DNA of 64,000 bases. Origin: a bacterium. Lineage in GTDB: Bacteria > RBG-13-61-14 > DATKZS01. The position numbers and the translations under genes are program-made. Of the stretch, positions 56,545 to 64,000 are shown one piece after another. Below the pieces are notes generated by a model that ran no database searches, was not told the DNA's origin, and saw nothing but the letters and a program-made list of their open reading frames with translations. The stretch is taken from contig CAXXFL010000006.1 of the NCBI GenBank assembly GCA_963674965.2, positions 384,001 to 448,000 on the forward strand, in the 5' to 3' direction. Within the stretch, counting starts at the first letter, position 1; each line of letters opens with the position of its first letter.

Positions 56545-57158
56545 TTCCCGACCCATCCGATTTCTTCTCGATTTTCAATTTCCTCTTTGTCTACATATGG
56601 CTAGTTGGAAATTATAAGCTATCATTCGCGTTACTGAAAGCGGGATCTCCCGCAAAAGATATCCTCAAGGTTTCGACCGCCGCGCCGAATTGTCTGTGGA
56701 AAGGCGAAAAGCCGCGTTGAATAATGACTCTCGGGCTTAAGCCGTAACGTCCGCAAGGGACTTTTCTTTCATTGCGGTCTGCTAACAAATCGAGGAATAA
56801 GCCCGGAGGGCTTAAGCCCATGAGTGGCCGTAGGCGCCACAGCCCACGGGAGGCGTGAGGTCCCCCCTCGGGGGAGGGCGGCCGCGTCAGTTTCAGCGGC
56901 GGCGGCCGGCCGTTCGAGGAGGAGGCGTTTGATTTCCACTTCGAGCGTCGGACAACTTGCCTGTAAAAAAAAATAGCCAAGAGTGAAACGGACAAAATGG
57001 GGGGAAGTTACGGCCGCATTTTTCACGCTTGCCAATCCCGCTTCAGTTCACTTATCGTACGGTAGGCCGTCCGCCGGTTCGAGGTTTTCTTGACCTTGCA
57101 GTCGCCGCGATATATATTGCAAGACGTGCCTTAGATTAATTTTACAGGAGTATGGCCA

Positions 57159-57827
57159 ATGAGGAAGTATTTTCATATAGTCGCTTTTTCCGCTCTTTCA
57201 ATTTTAATAAGCTCGCCGGCTTTTTCGGAAAGCATGATTTCCCTGGAGGGCATGACCGGCTCGGCGCTTGTGAGCCAGACCTGGCTCCGCGTCCACCAGG
57301 CCGGAGAGCGCCCCATTTACATGGACAACGCCCGCTACCAGGTCAAGCCCTTCGAGGGCATGCCCTATTTCAGCGCCCGCGTGGGTTTGTGGAAGGAGGA
57401 AAAGGCCTGGGAGCTTGAGGTCCTCAACATGAACCTCTACCTTGATAACCCCTGTCCCGAAATCCAGGAGTTCGAGATATCTCAGGGCTATACCATGATC
57501 ATGGTGAACCGGGCCTGGCGCACATGGGGCGCCGAGGCCAGGATCGGCGGCGGCATCGTCATGGCCCGCGCCGACGGCGTGGTTCGAGGCCAGGAGTTCG
57601 ACTGGGACGACGCCGACTCGGGCGAGTACATAGTCGGCGGCCCGGCCGTGCAGGCGGCCATCGGCAAAAGGTTCTATCTGGCCGGCGACTTGTTCCTCAA
57701 CCTCGAGGGCAAGACCACCCTGTCACAGGCGACCACGCCCGTGGCCAACGGCGAAGCCTACGTCCCCTGCCTCGCCCTCCACGGCCTCATCGGCCTGGGA
57801 TACGATATCCATCGGGGAGCAATATAA
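57159..57827 (+). CDS. putative outer-membrane beta-barrel protein
   Basis: Signal peptide, alternating amphipathic strands, C-terminal LHGLIGLGYD; AGGAG RBS. Confidence 0.65.
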   Translation: MRKYFHIVAFSALSILISSPAFSESMISLEGMTGSALVSQTWLRVHQAGERPIYMDNARYQVKPFEGMPYFSARVGLWKEEKAWELEVLNMNLYLDNPCPEIQEFEISQGYTMIMVNRAWRTWGAEARIGGGIVMARADGVVRGQEFDWDDADSGEYIVGGPAVQAAIGKRFYLAGDLFLNLEGKTTLSQATTPVANGEAYVPCLALHGLIGLGYDIHRGAI

Positions 57828-57999
57828 GCGAAAAAAGCGCCAATGATTTGAAAAAACTCCAGAGTCAGGCGGCCCCTTCGCGGCCCTTTACATTACAGGC
57901 CGAACCTCTTTGGGGGAACCGCCGATCAGAGCATAGCAATCCCCCAATCCCCATGTCAAACGATAACGAGCGGGAGAAGGGACCGAAAATCTAAGCGCC

Positions 58000-59529
58000 C
58001 TATTCCGGGCTTTGGGCGAGGTGGGCCGGCACCTGGGCCAGGGGCAGCCGCACGGTGAAGGTGGTACCCTTGTTAACCTGGCTTCGGACCGTAATGTCTC
58101 CGCCGTGCTGTTGTATTATGCCCAGTGAAACGGACAGGCCAAGGCCGGTGCCCTTGGTGTTGGGTTTTGAAGTGAAGAAGGGGTCGAAGATATTGGGCAG
58201 CATCTGCTCGGGAATTCCCATTCCCGTGTCCTTGAACTCGACGGCCACGTAATCCCTGGCCTTAGTGTTGAACACGGAGATATCGAGCCTGCCTCCCCCA
58301 GGCATGGCGTCGAGTCCGTTTAGGACCATGTTGAGGAAGACCTGGTTAAGCTGCTGCCTGTCGCCATATACGCGGGGAAGGTTGGGCGCGAACTCGGTAC
58401 CGACTTTGACCTTGGCCAGCTTGATCTGGTTGCTGGCGAGCTGGAGGGTTTCCTCGATAAGGTCCGGGACCTCGAGCTGCTCGGACTCGATTTCGCTCTC
58501 CCTGGCGAAGTCGAGAAGGTTCCTTACGATCTTTCTTACTCTTTCGGACTGTCCCACCATGTCCTGGACCATGTCCAGCCTGTCCTCATCGGACAATTCC
58601 GCGTAGTCCTCTAGGAGCATGGCCGAGGTCAGCATGATGTTGTTGATGGGGTTGTTCAGCTCGTGGGCCACCCCGGCGGTCAGGGTGCCGATGGCCTTGA
58701 GCTTGTGGGCCTTGACCAACAGCTCATGGCGGTGCACGAGTTGGTGCATCATGTGGTTCATGGCCATGGCCAGCTCGGAGAACTCGTCGTGATATTTTCT
58801 CCTGGGGGTGATGGGCGTGAAGTCTCCGTCGGCGATCCTTCTCGTGGCTTGCATCATCCTGGCCAGGGGCGCCAGCATCTGTCCGGCGATGAAGAAGGTC
58901 AGGTAGGCGATGAGGAGCACGAGCAAAAAGAGGAAAGCCGCGGGAATGCGCTGGGAAATATGGAGCATGGAGTTGACCGCCTTTCTTTCCTTGGCCACCA
59001 GTTCCTCCGCCACCTTCACCATCTCGGCCCCGTGCTCGCGAAGCTCCGTTTCAATGCGGGCGTAATCCGGCCCGGCCTCGACTCTATCGCGTCCCTTCAT
59101 GTCCCTTAGCTGAGTTAGAAGCTCCTCGTAGCGCTTTAAGTGCCCGGACATGGTCTTAAAGTTCGTCGCCCCGATAACCGAGGCCATGTTGTCCCCGTCT
59201 TTCTCGAGGATCGCCCGGGCGTTGCTCACGTGCTCGAGAGCGTCGTCTATATTGGTGCCGTAAAGAAGATAGTTCTTCTCGAAACGGCGCGCCTGCTGGA
59301 TCTCGAAGGTGTAGTGGCCGGCGGACTCGGTGAAATACAGCTTATGCTTGATGCGCGAGATGGTGACCATCGAGATGATGGTCACCCCCAGGCTGAGGAT
59401 GAACCATAGAAGGAACCCCAGGGTCAGGCGGGTACGGATCGAGAAGCTGGGGCGTTCACGAAGCGCCCTCTGCGCCTCCTGCTCCACCGCGTCCAGGGAT
59501 GAAAGGTTTTCGTCGGAAGGCGTGGACAT
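58000..59529 (-). CDS. HAMP-containing sensor histidine kinase (NtrB-like)
   Basis: Two TMs, HAMP, AHELNNP, QVFLNMVLN, DTGMGI, FDPFFTSK, GTGLGL. Confidence 0.95.
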   Translation of the reverse strand: MSTPSDENLSSLDAVEQEAQRALRERPSFSIRTRLTLGFLLWFILSLGVTIISMVTISRIKHKLYFTESAGHYTFEIQQARRFEKNYLLYGTNIDDALEHVSNARAILEKDGDNMASVIGATNFKTMSGHLKRYEELLTQLRDMKGRDRVEAGPDYARIETELREHGAEMVKVAEELVAKERKAVNSMLHISQRIPAAFLFLLVLLIAYLTFFIAGQMLAPLARMMQATRRIADGDFTPITPRRKYHDEFSELAMAMNHMMHQLVHRHELLVKAHKLKAIGTLTAGVAHELNNPINNIMLTSAMLLEDYAELSDEDRLDMVQDMVGQSERVRKIVRNLLDFARESEIESEQLEVPDLIEETLQLASNQIKLAKVKVGTEFAPNLPRVYGDRQQLNQVFLNMVLNGLDAMPGGGRLDISVFNTKARDYVAVEFKDTGMGIPEQMLPNIFDPFFTSKPNTKGTGLGLSVSLGIIQQHGGDITVRSQVNKGTTFTVRLPLAQVPAHLAQSPE

Positions 59530-59585
59530 GGCTTTACCGTCCCCGAGATGTTTTGAAAGGGTTCGTCATTTTCTTTCCAGGGTAT

Positions 59586-59984
59586 CTAAATGGAATTATA
59601 CAAACCCTTGTGTCCCAATGACAACGCCGCCTTGTTGATAACGTCTCGCAGGTCCTTGGGCTTGATGGGCTTGGCTATGAAGTCGAAGGCCCCCTTGACC
59701 AGGGCCTCCCTGGCGACCTCGACCGTGGCGTAGCCGGTAATGAGGATGACCTTGGTCCGGTCGGACTTGGCCATGATGTGCTCCAGGACCTGGATGCCGT
59801 CCACTTCCTCCATTCTAAGGTCCGTCACCACAATGTCGAAATCTTTCTCGTTGATCCGGGCGATGGCCTCGGACGAGTCGACGAACACTTCCACCTCGAA
59901 GCCGTATTTTTCTATCGCCGGTTTGAGACGTTTTCCCACTATCGGCTCGTCGTCGAGAATCATTACCGTAACCGTTTTTTCCAT
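59586..59984 (-). CDS. single-domain response regulator
   Basis: ILDDE, VTDLRM, ITGY, FIAKP; no output domain. Confidence 0.93.
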   Translation of the reverse strand: MEKTVTVMILDDEPIVGKRLKPAIEKYGFEVEVFVDSSEAIARINEKDFDIVVTDLRMEEVDGIQVLEHIMAKSDRTKVILITGYATVEVAREALVKGAFDFIAKPIKPKDLRDVINKAALSLGHKGLYNSI

Positions 59985-60007
59985 CTTCCTTTTCTCCCCT
60001 TCGCCAT

Positions 60008-61555
60008 TTATTGTTGGGCGTACTTTTTGATGAAACCATCGATGCGCTCGGATGCCCCGACGCGGCTCCAGCCGGAGAGGTCGCCGTTCTTAAGGAACCC
60101 GAAGAGCCTTCCCAGCACGGCCATCTTCCGCTCGGCCTCGGGTCCGTCCAGCCGGCTCGACCAGGCCGCCACCGCCCGGTTGGTCTGGGTGGCCGCGAAG
60201 TCCAGTCGAGTGAGAATCTCCAGGGCCGCGTTGGGGCGCGCGAACTTCTGCTCCAGGTCCCACGTCCTCGAGTCGAACCTGCAATAGACGTGGTTGAGCT
60301 CCTTCTTGTCGATATAGGAGTCTACCATGTCGAAGTCCTTTTCCGAGGGCATAATAATATTCGTCCTTTTCCCATTGGACGAGACGACCATGGTCCCTTT
60401 TTCGGTTTCCTTTTTATCCGCGTTGTTTTCCTTTTCATATTCCCCGAGACCCCGGAGAAAGGCCTTCAGCGCCGGCGACTCGGGCATGGTTTGGGAGGGA
60501 CCATCCTCCCCTTCCATCTCCAGGTTCAGGGTCATAATGGAATAGGGGAGCCCGGCCTCCATGGGAGAGGCGTTTCTTTTCAGCGCTCTTCTGTTCATGG
60601 CCCTTTTGACCAGTGCTTCCCCGGCCAACTCGTGGGCCAGATGCACGAGGTCATGGAAGGTCCCCACGTCGTCCGGTCCCGGCAGATGGTCGCGCGCGTT
60701 GCCGAGGGTAAGGGGAAACAGCCGCCGCCGGAACCTGCGGAGCACGCTGTATTCCATTTCCTCCTCGATCTCGGTCCCCTCCCGCTCGCGGAAATAGGCC
60801 ACCAGCTCGGGTATCTCCCCCTCGTAGACCACGTTCTCCTCGGTGTCCACCGTCACCAGGGTCCCGCTTTTCAGGCGCTCCGCGGCGTCTTTAAGTCCCA
60901 CGATGGTGGGTATGCGGCTATTCCGGGTCAAGCGGCAGACGTAGTCGCTGGGGCTTCCCTTGTCCAGGAGCACGGCGCCCACCTTGTTCATGACCCCGAT
61001 CAGGTCCGTGGCGTGGGCCTGGTCCGGGGCCACCCAGACGCCGCCGTCGGGAAAGCTTTTGGGGTCGTCGCCGGCGGCGAGGTTGAAGACCTTGCCGGAG
61101 GCTATGCCCCGGGCCGCCACCCGTCCCGCGTCACGGTAGATGGCCTTGTGGCCGGCTATGGCCGAGGCCATGTCCTTGGCGCTCACGCTCGAGGCGGGGG
61201 GATCGGCCGAAGCCCCCTCCTCTTGCCTCGCGTTTTCGCCCAGGGCCACGATCCGGTCGCCCTCGTCCTCGAACCTCTCGAGCAGGTCCAGAAGCCAGAG
61301 GTGATGCTTGTCGGAAAGAATAATGGTATCGAAAATGACCGCCTTGGCCAGGTTGAAAAGGCCCTCGGACAGGTCGTGGATGTACCTTCCATCCAGGATA
61401 TACTGTTCGCCCTGCTTCTCGGCCGCGTCCTCCATCAGGTCCAGGATGCGGCCGTAGTTCCAGAGCAACCGGCCGAACCGGGCCGTCCACTGGGGAAAAA
61501 GCTTTTCCCACTCGGAACGGGACGGCTCAAGCCTGAGCCGGTCAAGAAGCGCCAT
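60008..61555 (-). CDS. degenerate PEP-utilising (swivel-domain) protein, PEP synthase/PPDK-related
   Basis: AARGIASGKV, IPTIVG, LVTVD..VYEG, TFHDLVHLAHE; phospho-His motif reads KGSPSDYVCRLTR. Confidence 0.75.
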   Translation of the reverse strand: MALLDRLRLEPSRSEWEKLFPQWTARFGRLLWNYGRILDLMEDAAEKQGEQYILDGRYIHDLSEGLFNLAKAVIFDTIILSDKHHLWLLDLLERFEDEGDRIVALGENARQEEGASADPPASSVSAKDMASAIAGHKAIYRDAGRVAARGIASGKVFNLAAGDDPKSFPDGGVWVAPDQAHATDLIGVMNKVGAVLLDKGSPSDYVCRLTRNSRIPTIVGLKDAAERLKSGTLVTVDTEENVVYEGEIPELVAYFREREGTEIEEEMEYSVLRRFRRRLFPLTLGNARDHLPGPDDVGTFHDLVHLAHELAGEALVKRAMNRRALKRNASPMEAGLPYSIMTLNLEMEGEDGPSQTMPESPALKAFLRGLGEYEKENNADKKETEKGTMVVSSNGKRTNIIMPSEKDFDMVDSYIDKKELNHVYCRFDSRTWDLEQKFARPNAALEILTRLDFAATQTNRAVAAWSSRLDGPEAERKMAVLGRLFGFLKNGDLSGWSRVGASERIDGFIKKYAQQ

Positions 61556-62669
61556 TTAAAGCTCCTTTCACCTCCGGCGACCCTCCCGTCGCCTGAAACA
61601 AGGTAGTCTGTATCCGACGTTTCACGATATAGGCCTTGATCACGTTGTAAAGAATGATCAATACCCCCGATATGCCCGCCACGAAAAGCATGACCTTGCT
61701 GGCCCCGTTAAAATAAACGTCCCAATCGGCGTTATAGGATATCCACTCCAGTTGGCGAAGATATACGGGCATGGCGATAAAACGGCTGATAACGCAAAGC
61801 AAAATGATGGTGCCGGTCACGAACCTGATGATTACCTCCTTGACCACCTTGGTGCCGTAGACCCCCACGTAAATCCCGATCAGCGACCCCAGGTAAAGGA
61901 GCATGGTCATCCTTATGTCAACGAAACCCTGGTAGGCGTAGTTGACGGCGCCGAAGGCCCCCATGAACATGGCCAAATAAAGCTCGGTACCGGCCGCCAC
62001 GGCCGTGGGTATTCCGAACACGTAGATCATGGCCGGAACGCCGATGAACCCGCCCACCCCGATGGTACCGGCCAGGTAGCCCGTGGCCAGGCCCACGGCC
62101 ATCAGCACCCACAGGGACACCCGCACGTTGGCCACCTTGAACTTGATATAGGGCGGCAGATGGAGCCGGCTTAGAAAGTTGGCGATGTCGGTGGACGGTC
62201 CCGATCCTCCCTCTTCTCCCCTGGACTTGAGCGCGTCGTAGAGCATGGAGATGGCGACGAGGGAGAGGATGCCCACGAACACGACGCTGATGTAGAGGTT
62301 GGAGGAAGCGCTTCCACCCCCTCCGTGGCCGTCTCCTCCGCCCTTGAACAGGGCGCTGTTTATCCAGACGGCGATCCTTATGCCCACGAAGGAGGTGAAG
62401 ATGAGGAAAGCCCCCAGTCTTTTGTCCACGTTCCCCAGCTCACCGTGTTTTTTGGACCCCATCATGGCCTTGCCGAACTTGTGGGTGATGTTGCTGCCCA
62501 CCGCGACCACGCCCGGGACCCCGAGGTTCATCATGCCGGGGGTCATGAAAAACGCCCCGCCGCTACCGATGAAGCCCGAGAGCATGCCCCCGATAAAGCC
62601 GAGTATTACGACCTGTATGGCGTTGACGGGCGTCAGGTGTATAAAATTTTCCGCGAGTAACTGATCCAT
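61542..62669 (-). CDS. TauE/SafE (TSUP) family transporter
   Basis: LGFIGGMLSGFIGSGGAFFMTP, HGELGNVD, GVGGFIGVPAMIY, AAGTEL. Confidence 0.92.
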   Translation of the reverse strand: MDQLLAENFIHLTPVNAIQVVILGFIGGMLSGFIGSGGAFFMTPGMMNLGVPGVVAVGSNITHKFGKAMMGSKKHGELGNVDKRLGAFLIFTSFVGIRIAVWINSALFKGGGDGHGGGGSASSNLYISVVFVGILSLVAISMLYDALKSRGEEGGSGPSTDIANFLSRLHLPPYIKFKVANVRVSLWVLMAVGLATGYLAGTIGVGGFIGVPAMIYVFGIPTAVAAGTELYLAMFMGAFGAVNYAYQGFVDIRMTMLLYLGSLIGIYVGVYGTKVVKEVIIRFVTGTIILLCVISRFIAMPVYLRQLEWISYNADWDVYFNGASKVMLFVAGISGVLIILYNVIKAYIVKRRIQTTLFQATGGSPEVKGALNGAS

Positions 62670-62688
62670 TAGATCGCTCCTTGTTTTA

Positions 62689-63999
62689 CTATTCCATGTT
62701 GATAAGCTTCATGAGGGACTTGGCCACGTTGCCGTAGGTATAGGCGATGAAGGGCACGAATAAAAACACCGCCACCGACACCGCGGCCTTAACCATCATC
62801 CCTCCGCCGCTCCAGGTCCCGGATACGAACTTGAGGATCGGCTCCTGATGAGTGAAAACCAGGAAATAGACGATCAGGACGACTATCAGGTATCCCACCA
62901 GCTTGAACACGTCGCGGACGCCGAACAGGTACTGGGCCTTCAATTCGTCGGACGTGACAACCGGGGCCTTGATCCGGTCGGTGACATAGCTCTGAAGCTC
63001 TCTGGTCTCGCGCATTTTCGTTTCATGGCCCAGGTCGTTGAACACGTCTCCTATTACCACCAGCGTGTAGGGATTGGACTTGGAAATGGATTTCATGAGG
63101 TCCTTGGCCCCGCCGCATACGATATGCCCGCCGCCGGAGCGGCCGACGCCCGCCAGTTCCCGCAGGGCGTCGGTCATGCCTCCGTCCTCGCAAACCGGCT
63201 CGTCAACGTCGTCCTCGATTCCGCCGTTGTATTCCGCGGGGACCTCGGAGACCCCGGACTTCACCTCGCCGGCCTCGGCCGGGGCCTCCTCTTCCTCGGC
63301 TTCCTCGCCCTGGTAGAGCCGCACGAGCTCGACGGCCGCGTTCCATTTGTTCGCGATCTTGACCACTTCCCGGTAGGCCTCGGAGTTGGCGTCGAAGGTT
63401 TCCTGAATCCAAAGGATATTGGTCGAGGCCATGGCGGCGCTGAATTCCTTAATATCGGGCACGGTCGAGACGACCTCTGGTATCCACTTCGAAATGGACG
63501 AGTCCTTGGGAAGGTAGGTCAAGGACACGGAACCGTTTTGGGACCACACCTTGAAGCCGGCCCCGGACGTGCGCTCGTCCCTGGCCAGGGCCAGACGCGT
63601 CCGCGCCGCCAGCGCCAGGTCGTGCATGGTCCTTTTCGAGGCCGGGGTCATCTGGAAGTCGGGAAGCTGAGCCACTCCAATAAGGGCGGCCACGGCGTTA
63701 TCCACGCTCATCTGCTCGAGGTTGACCGTAAGATCGTATTGTCCCGCGTCCTCCCAGGACGTCTGGTACATGGAACTGACCCAACGGTTCCAGTCCTCAT
63801 CCACGTCCTCGATGTACTTGACCGCCTTCTCGTGATCGAGGCCCAACTGGGACATGGCCGCCCGAACCCGCCGCTCGTCGCTCGTCACCACCCGAAGCCG
63901 GAGCACGTGACTTACTCCCGGCAGGAGAAGATGGCCCGTGCGGCCGTGGTAAACCAGGCGGCCCTCCTCCGCTCGGTCGCAAAGATAAGCGGTGCTGAA
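62689..63999 (-). CDS. cytidylate-kinase-like family protein with fused C-terminal domains and 2 TMs (5' end off window)
   Basis: Frame open to the window end: LVYHGRTGHLLLPGVSHVLRLRV, YIEDVDEDWNRW, YDLTVNLEQMS; acidic linker; two TM helices. Confidence 0.85.
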   Translation of the reverse strand, partial: FSTAYLCDRAEEGRLVYHGRTGHLLLPGVSHVLRLRVVTSDERRVRAAMSQLGLDHEKAVKYIEDVDEDWNRWVSSMYQTSWEDAGQYDLTVNLEQMSVDNAVAALIGVAQLPDFQMTPASKRTMHDLALAARTRLALARDERTSGAGFKVWSQNGSVSLTYLPKDSSISKWIPEVVSTVPDIKEFSAAMASTNILWIQETFDANSEAYREVVKIANKWNAAVELVRLYQGEEAEEEEAPAEAGEVKSGVSEVPAEYNGGIEDDVDEPVCEDGGMTDALRELAGVGRSGGGHIVCGGAKDLMKSISKSNPYTLVVIGDVFNDLGHETKMRETRELQSYVTDRIKAPVVTSDELKAQYLFGVRDVFKLVGYLIVVLIVYFLVFTHQEPILKFVSGTWSGGGMMVKAAVSVAVFLFVPFIAYTYGNVAKSLMKLINME

Positions 64000-64000
64000 G

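Noticed and set aside
56660-57090. Possible tmRNA or RNase P RNA (AAGGTTTCGAC, GAGGAA motifs)
   Set aside because: No GGGG 5' acceptor, T-arm/CCA end or tag peptide, and no GAGGAAAGTCC or P4 partner.

Overview
GC-rich bacterial chromosomal window, most consistent with a deltaproteobacterium-like diderm (Desulfobacterota/Myxococcota-type). This is inferred from the kdsB-pyrG-kdsA-kdsD and zapB-zapA-6S RNA-ygfA-rny-ymdB gene orders. It holds about 52 genes: housekeeping and metabolic genes (dusB, tal, a full Arg-to-spermidine route pdaD/speB/speD/speE, glpAB), several glycosyltransferases and glycoside hydrolases, a Ser/Thr kinase-WD40 protein, a RelE/XRE toxin-antitoxin pair, a K+ channel/cNMP-domain/receiver module, and a cytidylate-kinase-like/TauE/degenerate PEP-utiliser/two-component cluster. 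The best-supported unusual structure is a ~185-bp REP-doublet MITE present three times. One copy has a TCCC duplication at the speB ribosome-binding site and is itself split at its REP hairpin by an intact 1448-bp IS481 (CGAG duplication). That IS carries a branched non-coding element with GCA triloops. Other signals are structured leaders on both polyamine decarboxylase genes, several apparently leaderless genes, a repeat-bounded rhuM fragment and a nonsense pseudogene. No tRNA, rRNA or CRISPR array was recognised. Family calls come from motifs read by eye, not from database searches.
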